Below are positions 28,224 through 37,659 of a stretch of DNA of 64,000 bases, one piece after another. The notes under the pieces were generated by a model. That model did no database searches, was not told where the DNA came from, and saw only the letters and a program-made list of their open reading frames with translations. Position 1 is the first letter of the stretch; every line of letters starts with the position of its first letter. This stretch comes from Coriobacteriia bacterium. GTDB taxonomy: Bacteria > Actinomycetota > Coriobacteriia > Coriobacteriales > UMGS124. Both the position numbers and the translations under genes were made by a program. Where the stretch lies: the NCBI GenBank assembly GCA_963930185.1, contig CAWVLT010000047.1, positions 2,134 through 66,133 on the forward strand. Direction: 5' to 3'.

Positions 28224-29243
28224 GTGTGGCTGGCAATGGGAGGCGCGGCCTTTGCCTGGTCGGTCATAGAGCTCGTCGTCTTCACGGCGCTGGCGCCGCC
28301 GGCTGCGGTCGCCTTCTCGCTCGTGGCGGCGCGCTGCGCGTTCGAGCGCCTGCCCGCTTCGCTGCTGCGCGCCTACACGTCGCTTCTCATGGTTCCCCTG
28401 GCAATCGTGACCGTGGGGTTCGTGGTGTCCGCCACGCATTTGGGCAATCCGGGCAACGCGCTCTACGTATTCACGCGCGTGGGCTCCTCGGGCCTGTCGA
28501 ACGAGGTCCTCGCGACGGCGCTGTTTCTCGGGGCGTCGGGCTTGCTGTGGGTCGCGAGCCTGCTCGCGAACCTTCCCTTTGCCGTGAGGCGCGCGTGGCT
28601 GATCGCGTGCATCGCGCTTGCGGGGGTCTACCTGGTCTTGACGTCAAGGACGTACTGCATGCCCACGATCCCCACCTGGAGCATGCCGGCGTCGCAGGCG
28701 CTGCTCGTCATCCTGGCCTTTGCCGGCGGCTCGGTCATGGGCCAGCTGCTCCTTGGGGCGGGCGAGCGGATGACCGCCTCCCGTGACGGGCGGCCTGCTG
28801 TGGGCGCGGGCGTAGATGGCGGCCGGGCCGTGGTCCCCGCCGATGGGCAGCCGGTCGCAGATGGCGAGCGGGACGGCGTTGCCCCGAGGTCTGCGCGGGC
28901 ATTGGGAAGGCTGCCTCTGGTGCTCGCAGGGATCTGCACGGCCGTGACGTGCGCCGTCATGGTCGTGCAGTGGGCACAGCTGCACGGCATGGCAAACTCC
29001 TACGGGCATGCGGTCGATCTCGTGCCCCGGTATCCGCTTGTGATCGCCGTCTATGCGGCCTGCCTCGCGGCGGCGATCACGCTGGCCTGGCGCACCTCCG
29101 GCCGACTCGTGGAGACGCCGGTGGGTTTTGGGCCGCGCGCGGCGCTGCGCCTCTGGGCGCCGGCGGTGGCCGCCGTCATCTTGATGTATGGTGCCACGTT
29201 TCTCGTCAGGTTCCAGTTCTACTGCATGTATCTGCCGCTCTGA
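28224..29243 (+). CDS. DmsC-family membrane anchor subunit
   Basis: About 8 TM helices. HLGNPGNALYVFTRVGSSGLSNEV resembles the DmsC-family signature. Contains a G/D/R-rich loop insert. Confidence 0.6.
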   Translation: MWLAMGGAAFAWSVIELVVFTALAPPAAVAFSLVAARCAFERLPASLLRAYTSLLMVPLAIVTVGFVVSATHLGNPGNALYVFTRVGSSGLSNEVLATALFLGASGLLWVASLLANLPFAVRRAWLIACIALAGVYLVLTSRTYCMPTIPTWSMPASQALLVILAFAGGSVMGQLLLGAGERMTASRDGRPAVGAGVDGGRAVVPADGQPVADGERDGVAPRSARALGRLPLVLAGICTAVTCAVMVVQWAQLHGMANSYGHAVDLVPRYPLVIAVYAACLAAAITLAWRTSGRLVETPVGFGPRAALRLWAPAVAAVILMYGATFLVRFQFYCMYLPL

Positions 29244-29264
29244 GGGGTTCGAGGAGGCTTGTCG

Positions 29265-30854
29265 ATGGGACTCTCGCAGCTGGCGCAGCCCTTCTCGGCG
29301 CTCTGCGGCTTTGCGCTGTTCCTCGTCGTGAACGCGACCTCGGTGTGGGGCGGCGTCTTTCCGTTTTTGCCCGCGGAATTCCAGACTATGGGCGTCACGG
29401 TGTCGTTCTTTGTCGCCCAGACCATTGCCAGCGCCCTGAGCTTCGCCCTGGTCGTTGTCTGCTCGTTTCTTGCCCCGGGTGTCGTGCGGAGGGTGATGCC
29501 CTGGCTTGGCGTGCCCTGCATGCTCGCGGGGTCTTGCGCGCTCATTGCCGCCATGTACGTGGACGTCGCCTCACTTGCGTTCGTGGTTGTCTCAGGTGTG
29601 CTGCTGGGTGTGGGAAGCACGTGCGCGATGCTGCTGTGGCAACGGGTGATTGCGCACAGGGATGCAGACCACGGCACAATGCTCGTCATCGCGGGGACGG
29701 GCCTGTCGGCCGTCATGTATTTCGTGCTGTGCCTGTGCCCCCTGTCCGTGACGGCCTTTCTTGTCCCCCTCGTCTTTCTGCCGCTGTGCGGCACGTCGCT
29801 GGCACTTGCCCTGCGGGCGGAATTGTCGGATGGGATGGGCGCGCGGTCCAGCGGGCCTGGCGGCCAGACGGCCGGGGAGGTCGAGGATGATCCGGCGGGG
29901 CAGCGTCGGGTCTACGCGGGCGTCATCAGGGACTACTGGCGCAGCGCCCTTGCCGTGGGCGCTCTGGGCTTCGTGGCCGGCGTCATACGCGCCATCGCCC
30001 TAGGTAGCGAGGAGGTCGGAAACGTGGTGAACGTCACCTCGATGTTCGGGGCCCTCGTCTCGTCGGCCATTCTCGTCATCCTCTGGCGCATGACGTCGTT
30101 TCGGTTCAGCCCCACGCGCGCGTTCGGGGCGATCTTTCCCCTCCTGATCTGCGCGATGGGGCTCCTGCCGTTTCTGACGCTGTCCTATCTCGACGTCTTT
30201 GCTGGGTTCGTTCACATGCTCTTTGCGTTTGCCCAGATGATCCTCATCGTGCAGTGTGCGCAGGCCTCGCGTGACCGCGGCGCGGACCCCGTCATCGTGT
30301 TTGGCCTGTGCGGGGGCATCGCCACCGTGATGCAGTGCCTGGGACTCATCTGCGGATGGGAGACGGGGGCGGTCCAGAGCGCAGGCCAGGGGATCGGCAG
30401 GCTCGAGACGGCACTGACCGCCATCCTGTGCATGTGGGCGCTCGGGATCGCGTACTACCTGTGCCAGCGCAAGGGGACCGGCCATCCCGTTCCCGCCGAC
30501 TCGATCGAGTTCATATCCCTCTCGCCCGACCCCCGCGCCACCGCCGCGCTGGCGAGTCAGGCGCGCGGGGCGGGGGAGGACGCGTCGGTGGGCGGGGCAC
30601 GCCACGTGCTCGACCGTATCTCGAAGCAGTGCGAGTCCCTGCGCCTGCACTATCGCCTCTCGAGCCGCGAGGCCGAGGTTATGGAGCGCATCGTGCGCGG
30701 GGACACGGTGCCTAGGATCGCGGGGGATCTGGATATTTCTGAGAACACGGTGCGCACGCATGCCAAGCGCATCTACACCAAGCTCGGCGTCCACTCAAAG
30801 CAGGAGCTCAGTGACCTGCTGGCGCAGTTCAGCCCCGCGAACATGGACGGGTAG
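29265..30854 (+). CDS. Membrane-anchored LuxR-family transcriptional regulator
   Basis: ATG 29265 behind GAGGAGG. About 10 TM helices, then the C-terminal HTH LSSREAEVMERIVRGDTVPRIAGDLDISENTVRTHAKRIYTKLGVHSKQEL. Confidence 0.85.
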   Translation: MGLSQLAQPFSALCGFALFLVVNATSVWGGVFPFLPAEFQTMGVTVSFFVAQTIASALSFALVVVCSFLAPGVVRRVMPWLGVPCMLAGSCALIAAMYVDVASLAFVVVSGVLLGVGSTCAMLLWQRVIAHRDADHGTMLVIAGTGLSAVMYFVLCLCPLSVTAFLVPLVFLPLCGTSLALALRAELSDGMGARSSGPGGQTAGEVEDDPAGQRRVYAGVIRDYWRSALAVGALGFVAGVIRAIALGSEEVGNVVNVTSMFGALVSSAILVILWRMTSFRFSPTRAFGAIFPLLICAMGLLPFLTLSYLDVFAGFVHMLFAFAQMILIVQCAQASRDRGADPVIVFGLCGGIATVMQCLGLICGWETGAVQSAGQGIGRLETALTAILCMWALGIAYYLCQRKGTGHPVPADSIEFISLSPDPRATAALASQARGAGEDASVGGARHVLDRISKQCESLRLHYRLSSREAEVMERIVRGDTVPRIAGDLDISENTVRTHAKRIYTKLGVHSKQELSDLLAQFSPANMDG

Positions 30855-30920
30855 GGCCGGCGGATCATGATGGGGTGCGTGGTTGCAGCTGGCGCATGGC
30901 ACAGTCAACAGAGCGCGGTC

Positions 30921-32504
30921 TCAGTTGCCCGTATCCCTCTCGATCAGGCACGTGTGCTTTTTCGTCTTGGGGTTATAGGCAATGCCGACCAGCAGCACTG
31001 CGCCATAGTCTTCTCGCAGCGCGTGGGCATAGTCTCGCTCTCGAATTTGGTCCATGGCCTGTCGCGCGCTTCCGCCATACTTGAGCTCGATGACAATCGC
31101 CGGCTCCGACTTTCCCGCCCGCGGCACGAGAACGAGATCGGCAAATCCCTTGCCGGCTGGCATCTCGCGATGTAGGCTGTACGTGCGTCGTGCGGCATAC
31201 AATGCGAGCGACAAGGCGCATGACAGGGAATTTTCGTCGTTATAGGTGAGAATTGATGCGGCGCCTTGATGTGCTTGCTCCACGAGGGAAGCCACGGTCT
31301 GCTCGTCGTTTGCAAGCAGGGCCGCGACAAGTGCCTCTGACTCTTCAATGGACCGGGCGACGGGTTCCCAGCCGCCGTCTTCGATGCAGTTGACGAACTC
31401 CTGTGTCACCTCGCTGTTGGGGATCCAGACCCAGCCTTTTCCCGGTATCTCTCCGTCAGAATATGTCAGATATCCCATGTGCACCAGCAAAGTCAGCACG
31501 TCATCCGAACTGCCAAACGTGGTCATGTCGTTCTGGAACTTCTCGGTGTTCACCGCAACGCGCTCGCCAGCTATCAGGCAGGTGACTTTTTCGCGCAACC
31601 CGTCTATGCCCATGTTTATGTAGCCGCGCAGGGCCTCGAAGGTCTCCGTCTGGGCCCAGTAGCTACGAAGCCTGCGGCCTGTCATGGCCCTGACAACGGA
31701 CTGGGGGTTAAATGCCCGAATCGCGCCGAGGGCGTATCCGTCGTACCAGTAGCTAACCTGGTCGTAGGGCATATCATACCGTTCGCAGAGACCGCGCACT
31801 TCGGCCTGCGTGAATCCCGTGTACGGCGCATAGTCACGCGGGTCGATCATAGAGACCTCGGTGAACATATTGAGGGCAGAGTGCTGACCGTACTTCTTGA
31901 TGGGAAGGATGCCGGTCATATACGCCAGTCCCACGTAAGCCTTGTCCTTGAGTAGCAGACGCAGCCAGTCGAGGTAGGTGACCTGGGCATCGTGGTCGTT
32001 CTTGTGAACACGGAAAATGCAGTCCCATTCATCAATGACGAAGACGAAAGGACTCCTATGCAGGGAGAAGACGCTTGAGAGGTGCTCGCTTAGTCCGCCT
32101 CTGCCCGGAAGGGGAACTTCGGGGTATGCGGCCGCGAGCTCTGCTTCCACCGATTCCTCGATGAACGCGACCATGTCTTTTGTGCTTGTGCTTTGCGAGA
32201 GAAAGTCCTGGATGTTGAGATGGATGACATCGTAGCGATTGAGATGGCTTCTGTAGCTTGGCGATTGGGCGATCTCAAGACCGGCGAACTGGATGGACGA
32301 ATCACATGACCGGTCATAGTATGCAACCAGCATGTCGGCGGTGGTCGACTTGCCAAAGCGCCTCGGCCGGCTCACGCAGACGTAGCGGTCACCTGTACTC
32401 ACTACCTTGTTCGTGCAGTCGATGAGCCCGCTTTTGTCGACATAGATCTCAGAGTTGAGACTGATCTGGAACAAGTAGTTACCTGGGTTGAGAAACCTGC
32501 CCAT
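30921..32504 (-). CDS. AAA-ATPase_like + PD-(D/E)XK (PDDEXK_9-type) protein of unknown function
   Basis: ORF trimmed to ATG 32504. FLNPGNYLFQ...YVDKSGLI...YVCVSRPRRFGKST (P-loop). C-terminal GKGFADLVLVP...IVIELKYG nuclease-like motif. AT-richer than its flanks by eye. Confidence 0.7.
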   Translation of the reverse strand: MGRFLNPGNYLFQISLNSEIYVDKSGLIDCTNKVVSTGDRYVCVSRPRRFGKSTTADMLVAYYDRSCDSSIQFAGLEIAQSPSYRSHLNRYDVIHLNIQDFLSQSTSTKDMVAFIEESVEAELAAAYPEVPLPGRGGLSEHLSSVFSLHRSPFVFVIDEWDCIFRVHKNDHDAQVTYLDWLRLLLKDKAYVGLAYMTGILPIKKYGQHSALNMFTEVSMIDPRDYAPYTGFTQAEVRGLCERYDMPYDQVSYWYDGYALGAIRAFNPQSVVRAMTGRRLRSYWAQTETFEALRGYINMGIDGLREKVTCLIAGERVAVNTEKFQNDMTTFGSSDDVLTLLVHMGYLTYSDGEIPGKGWVWIPNSEVTQEFVNCIEDGGWEPVARSIEESEALVAALLANDEQTVASLVEQAHQGAASILTYNDENSLSCALSLALYAARRTYSLHREMPAGKGFADLVLVPRAGKSEPAIVIELKYGGSARQAMDQIRERDYAHALREDYGAVLLVGIAYNPKTKKHTCLIERDTGN

Positions 32505-32628
32505 CGCGATTTTCACCTCCGGCCGGTGTTTGTTGACATTGTACAACGCAAAGGCGCTCCGACTGTTAAGGCAGTCATCTGGCATCTCGATTGCTTTAAC
32601 GACAACATGCAAAACCTGCCGCGAGCTC

Positions 32629-33723
32629 TTACTCAACCCCGATCGTGCACAGAAGCGCCTGGTGGTCGGTACCCTCAACGGTGACGGTCTGCATCTGGGC
32701 CGCGAGCACCCCCTCGTCCAGGATCACGTGGTCGATTGAGATGAGCTGCGGCACGCTCACGCCGCCTAGGCTCGCCGGCCAGGTGAAGTCAATCCCCGCC
32801 CCCGAGCTGCGCGCGGCGTCGGAGAACCTGTCCCCGAGCATCTCGCGGAACACCCGGTGGTCGTAGGTGGCGTTGAAGTCGCCCATGAGCACGTAGCGCG
32901 GCTCGCCCTGCCGGTAGGGCTCGTCGGCGAGCGTACCGACGAGCTCGATGCTGCTGGCCCACTGGGCGCCCCAGGTGCGCACGGGCGCCGTGGTGTGCAC
33001 CGCCACGAAGCGCAGCTCCTCGTCGCCCACGCGCACCGTGGCCGCGCACATGGGCGAGACCCTGAAGCCCACCTCGTCGGCCGCCTCGTCGTAGAGCGGC
33101 AGGCTCGACCAGATCTGCTGGCCGGTGCTCCCGCCCACGCGGTAGGGGAGCAGCCCCGGCAGCGCCGACGCGTCGAGGCGCGCGGTCATCTCGGCGGTGA
33201 CCTCCTCCAACGCGAGCACGTCGACGCCCTGCTGCTCGACCAGCCGCACGATCTGCTCGACGTCGGCCTGCCCGAAGTAGGCGTTGAGGGTCATGACGCG
33301 CAGGGTCGAGCCGCCCCGCTCGCCCTGCTCGACGGCGGCCTGCGGCAGGCGATGACTCGTGTCCAGGTAGAAGGGGGCCTGCCAGGCGGCCTGGAGCACC
33401 AGGCACGCCGCCATGAGCAGGGCCACGACCCAGCGCCGGCCTACCAGGGCGAGCACCAGGGCGAGCAGGGCCGGGATGACGAGCCAGGGTATGGCCGATA
33501 CCAGCGCGGGGATGGGGATCACGTGGTCCAGCGGTGCCGGCAGGAAGCGCAGCGCCATGATCAGCAGCGTGGGGACGCCGAGGACGTAGGCGAGCACGGC
33601 GCAGGCGGGGTGCCGGCGCGGATATCTTGTTGCCTTGGTAGCGGCCCTCGTTGGCGCGGCGATATCGGCTGTGCCAGACACTGCAGACAAGAAGTTCTCC
33701 CTCGCGATGACGCGGATGCGCAT
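32629..33723 (-). CDS. Endonuclease/exonuclease/phosphatase (EEP) family protein with N-terminal TM helices
   Basis: VMTLNAYFG...VDVLALEEVT, MGDFNATYDH, IDHVILDEG. Confidence 0.75.
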   Translation of the reverse strand: MRIRVIARENFLSAVSGTADIAAPTRAATKATRYPRRHPACAVLAYVLGVPTLLIMALRFLPAPLDHVIPIPALVSAIPWLVIPALLALVLALVGRRWVVALLMAACLVLQAAWQAPFYLDTSHRLPQAAVEQGERGGSTLRVMTLNAYFGQADVEQIVRLVEQQGVDVLALEEVTAEMTARLDASALPGLLPYRVGGSTGQQIWSSLPLYDEAADEVGFRVSPMCAATVRVGDEELRFVAVHTTAPVRTWGAQWASSIELVGTLADEPYRQGEPRYVLMGDFNATYDHRVFREMLGDRFSDAARSSGAGIDFTWPASLGGVSVPQLISIDHVILDEGVLAAQMQTVTVEGTDHQALLCTIGVE

Positions 33724-33830
33724 GTAGGGGCATCGTATCGCATGGTCATGGGGAGGGCGTGCAGCATGTACTGTAGGCGCGCACTTTCAAAAGATCTGCG
33801 GGGTTCCTACCGAGTCTCCTTTGTAACTCG

Positions 33831-33872
33831 CATGGGGTCCTCCCCTCGTCTTGACGAGGGGAGGACCCCATG
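33831..33872 (-). terminator. 20-bp perfect palindrome between the flavoprotein gene and the EEP gene (likely U-tract-less terminator)
   Basis: CATGGGGTCCTCCCCTCGTC tt GACGAGGGGAGGACCCCATG, 41 nt after the stop at 33913. Confidence 0.45.
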
Positions 33873-33912
33873 GGCGTGGCCTCAACGGCGTTGCGCCGCT
33901 ATAAGGAACTTG

Positions 33913-35493
33913 TTACTCGGCACATGCGTTTTCGGCGGCAATATACCCAAAGGTAATGGCACGCGAGACGGACAGTCCCGCGATGTCCATCGGGTAGTCA
34001 ACGCCTCCGAAGAAGGGACCAGAGCAGTTGCCGGCTGCGTAAAGACCGGGAATGGGGTTGAGATCGTTGTCGAGCACCTGAGCCTTGGGGTTGATCATCA
34101 GACCCGAAGTGATTGCGGAGACCTGATACCTACGCTGAATGGCGTAGAACGGCGGCTTCTCGATGGGGAACAGGAAGTTCGAGGGCTTGCCGAAGTCCTC
34201 GTCGTATCCCATCAAGCATAGCTCGTTATAGCGGTTGACGGTGGCCTCTAGGGTGTCCGCCGGGACACCCATGGCATCTGCCAGGTCGGTGATCGTATCG
34301 GCCTTGAACAGGCCCTCGCCATCGCCCACGGTATCGAGATCCTCGATCGACGTTGGCTTGTCCCCCATCTCGGTTGCCTGGGACTCGCAATCGGCATCAA
34401 AGATGCTGATCCAAACGTTTTCGGGCTGCCTCACAACGGCGTTGTTTCGGATGTTGAAGTCGATGTCCTCAGCGGTGAAGCGCTCGCCGTTGAGGTTTAC
34501 CGCGAGGAAGGGCGTGTTCTGATAGAACTTCTTGCTTTTTTCCGAGCCACGGTGAATCATCTTGGTGTGACCGATGCTCTGCATCTTGGCACCGATCATC
34601 ATACCCATAAGGTGCCCGTCACCCGTCTTGTTGAACTGCTTCTTGACGAAGGGAAGGGCGTCAGGCAGATACTTCTCCACCATGGCATCGTTGTTCTCGT
34701 AGTCGCCCGTCGCAAGGATGACGCCCTTGTTCGCGTTGACGCGGAGGACGGAGCCGTCCTCCGCCTTGGCAAAGACGCCGACAACCCTGTCATTCTCCTT
34801 GATGAGTTGGACGCCGGGGCAGCTGTAGTGAATGGTGAACTGGTCGGCAAAATGTCCGGCGATGACATTGATGGGGGTATACATGCCGTTCTCAAAGCTA
34901 TACATGCGTGTCTGGACGACGCCCTCGGGGAACTCGAAGTCATTCGTGCCCTCGGTGTTGAAGTCCTCACCTTCAACCATGCCGGACTCGACGGCTTTCT
35001 CAACGAACCACGTCATGGCTTCTTCGCTCTTGTTCACCCAGGTCATGTTGAGGTCGACATCGGACCTGTGCGAGCACACCTCCCACAGCAAGTGCATTAG
35101 GTGTGCCTTGCCTGCAGGATCGGTAGTGCCCTCGCTGTTGAAGCTGCAACCGCCGTTGCCTTGGCTGATAGGGGTCGGCTCCTTCTGGAGAAGGCAGACG
35201 CTTACTCCAAGCTCGTGGGCCCTGACAGCGGCGGGGACGCCTGCCGTGCCGGCGCCTACGACCACGATGTCATACGACTCTTCGCTATCCCACTCAGTAA
35301 TGGGCTCGGGCACGGCAGCGGACGCTTCGAACTCAGACAGTGACAGGCGTCCGGGTATGTCATACTGAGGGTAGGTGGATGACTGGTTCGTACCTGTCTC
35401 TTCGGCGTTGGCAGTGACGGAAGAGGCCGCCAGAGCACCGGCGCAGGCTGCTCCGATAACAAAACTTCTTCTGCTGATAGTGTCAGTCTTCAT
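33913..35493 (-). CDS. Tat-exported FAD-dependent reductase (fumarate reductase / FAD_binding_2 flavoprotein family); substrate unknown
   Basis: ORF trimmed to ATG 35493 behind GGAGGAAGAC. Tat signal ISRRSFVIGAACAGALAA. Dinucleotide fold YDIVVVGAGTAGVPAAVRA. C-terminal PIPGLYAAGNCSG. Confidence 0.85.
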   Translation of the reverse strand: MKTDTISRRSFVIGAACAGALAASSVTANAEETGTNQSSTYPQYDIPGRLSLSEFEASAAVPEPITEWDSEESYDIVVVGAGTAGVPAAVRAHELGVSVCLLQKEPTPISQGNGGCSFNSEGTTDPAGKAHLMHLLWEVCSHRSDVDLNMTWVNKSEEAMTWFVEKAVESGMVEGEDFNTEGTNDFEFPEGVVQTRMYSFENGMYTPINVIAGHFADQFTIHYSCPGVQLIKENDRVVGVFAKAEDGSVLRVNANKGVILATGDYENNDAMVEKYLPDALPFVKKQFNKTGDGHLMGMMIGAKMQSIGHTKMIHRGSEKSKKFYQNTPFLAVNLNGERFTAEDIDFNIRNNAVVRQPENVWISIFDADCESQATEMGDKPTSIEDLDTVGDGEGLFKADTITDLADAMGVPADTLEATVNRYNELCLMGYDEDFGKPSNFLFPIEKPPFYAIQRRYQVSAITSGLMINPKAQVLDNDLNPIPGLYAAGNCSGPFFGGVDYPMDIAGLSVSRAITFGYIAAENACAE

Positions 35494-35947
35494 GTCTTCC
35501 TCCAGGGTTGATGTGGAAAATGCCAGGTCAGCGATTTGGATGCCGCGCGATTGAAAGGGAACGCGGGGCAAGCCACCTTTACTGGCTGCGGCCGTTGCCG
35601 TTGGCAGCGAACGCTATTCACCAAAATAGAATCGCCCTGGTTTGACGCGCATCGCACGATGGGGCCGAGCGGCGCTCCGCGAATCGGCCGTTGAGGGTGA
35701 TTTGGCCTGCTTTCGCATCGGCCCGGGGAAACCGGCATGAAGGTCAACCGCGGTGGCCCCTTCTAAGGCGGGCTCTTCCGGTGGGGTTCGAAGCGAAGCC
35801 TGTGCCGTTTTGCTTTTAACGTCGTCAAATCATATGTGCTATCATGCTGCCGTGGGCTTGTCTGCCTACCCGGTTGCTCGCGCCGGCGGTGGCTCGTAAA
35901 TCAGAACGACCAAGTAGGCTGTGTGCGGCGAGGGTGGGGATAGGGGG

Positions 35948-37447
35948 ATGGGGATGTCCAAGCCCGACTTTGGCGGTATAACGTGGATTCATTGCTGCTA
36001 TTTCGGTGCAGCCCTTTTGCACCCATGGGTCGCATTGGCTGGCTCGTTGGCCATGGGCCCTCATACGAAGTCGCTCTGGTCTGCCATAACGCCTCTTGTC
36101 ATAGCGCTGCTGTGGCGACGTATCAGCGAGCGGGGAATCAAGGGCATGTCCGTCGCTTCGGCAATGGTTGGCTTTTTCGCTGTCATACTGATGGGGGAGT
36201 ATGTGGACGGATCTCTTTCTGAATGGATAGGGAGCTCGTTGCGCCCGGTTTGTTCGGCGACTCTGCTCCTCTTATGGTGTGATGTCTACCGCAGATTTCC
36301 CCTTCGCCGCGCCATCGTTATTCTGGCCTTTGTCCAGTTGATAAGCATGCTGCTTGATATGGGGATCAAACTGATCCCCACCCAATACTATGCGGGCCTC
36401 GCGCTGCTTTTGCCGTTGATATCGTCCCTCATGCTCTGCATGTCTTTGAATCGAGCTCCTGACGTGGTGGCCTCACCCAAGGCGAACTTCTGCTTGCGTT
36501 CCGAGGTTAAGCAGCGTTGGCGTTTTCTTGCAACGGCGACGTTGTTCTCGTTCATTTATGGTTTGAACCAGGTAAATATCGGGGGGCGGTGGATAAACGT
36601 CGTCGCCTACGGCCTTTCAGGCCTGATCCTGCTGGTCTGCTGCTTTGCGTTGAGACGCCGTATGAGCGTGCACAGAATTCTCAATATCGGCTTTCTGGTA
36701 GTTGGAATAGGCATGATGGCGTGCATGCCGCTGGAGATAGAAGCCCCATCCCTCTTCTCGATACTCCCCAGCATCGGATTTGGTCTCTCGAGCGTTCTGT
36801 TCCTTGCTCTGGCAACAGACAGGTCCTACAGATTTGGCATACCCGTTCTGTGCTCTGCGGGGGTCGTAAAGGCCTGTAGCTCACTCGGCTCGTTCTTGGG
36901 AATGAATCTGGAGAGCATCGGCGTGATGCTCCCCATCCCTGTTTTCCAAGAGAGCACCATGATGTATGCGGTGACGCTGGTGGCCATTGCCATCTCCGCA
37001 GTCGTCTGGGCAAAAGATCTTTCGCCTGACATGAACGTTCTGTTGGCAAAGACGGATGCGTGCAAAAGATCCACTCTGGCCGAATGTGACGATTCATGTC
37101 CAGGGGGTGACGGGCTCAGGCAACGAGAAACTGGAGCAAAAGGTCAGGGCAATGCTCAGGGCGGGTTGCCAGACTCAGGTGTTGTAGATACGATGCTCGC
37201 CCAGATTGCGCTGCGGTGCAGGCAAATAGGTGACGAGTATCTGCTGACCGCGCGGGAATGCGAGATACTCAACTACCTGATTATGGGATGGAGCATCCCG
37301 CGAATAGAGGAGGAGCTGTCTATTTCGAACAGCACAGCTAAAACCCATGTCCGGCATATCTATACAAAAACGGGTGTTCATTCACGCGACGAGTTGAAGG
37401 CGCTCGTGGGGGTTGACATCCCGTTTGGTTCATCAAAATCCAGATGA
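35948..37447 (+). CDS. Membrane-anchored LuxR-family transcriptional regulator
   Basis: ORF 35921..37447; the start is uncertain (35921/35948/35954). Multi-TM N-domain. HTH LTARECEILNYLIMGWSIPRIEEELSISNSTAKTHVRHIYTKTGVHSRDEL. Divergent from the flavoprotein gene. Confidence 0.85.
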   Translation: MGMSKPDFGGITWIHCCYFGAALLHPWVALAGSLAMGPHTKSLWSAITPLVIALLWRRISERGIKGMSVASAMVGFFAVILMGEYVDGSLSEWIGSSLRPVCSATLLLLWCDVYRRFPLRRAIVILAFVQLISMLLDMGIKLIPTQYYAGLALLLPLISSLMLCMSLNRAPDVVASPKANFCLRSEVKQRWRFLATATLFSFIYGLNQVNIGGRWINVVAYGLSGLILLVCCFALRRRMSVHRILNIGFLVVGIGMMACMPLEIEAPSLFSILPSIGFGLSSVLFLALATDRSYRFGIPVLCSAGVVKACSSLGSFLGMNLESIGVMLPIPVFQESTMMYAVTLVAIAISAVVWAKDLSPDMNVLLAKTDACKRSTLAECDDSCPGGDGLRQRETGAKGQGNAQGGLPDSGVVDTMLAQIALRCRQIGDEYLLTARECEILNYLIMGWSIPRIEEELSISNSTAKTHVRHIYTKTGVHSRDELKALVGVDIPFGSSKSR

Positions 37448-37590
37448 TCACAGCACCGGTCCAGGTACCCAGGCAGATTTTCCCGTCGATATGTGACAAC
37501 AGGGTTGAGCACTACCCTTGGTTGCGTTATTGCATGCTGTTCTGGTAGCTCTGCAACCGGGCGGAGGGCCTACCTGTTTATGCCGGGAAC

Positions 37591-37632
37591 ATAGGGGGTC
37601 GGGCGTCAAAGCTTCCCGAAGACAACGGGAGC
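37591..37632. terminator. 17-bp hairpin between convergent LuxR and pyridoxal kinase genes
   Basis: GGGCGTCAAAGCTTCCCG aagacaa CGGGAGCTTTGACGCCC. No clear U-tract on either strand. Confidence 0.45.
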
Positions 37633-37659
37633 TTTGACGCCCGATCTGCATGCCGTGCC

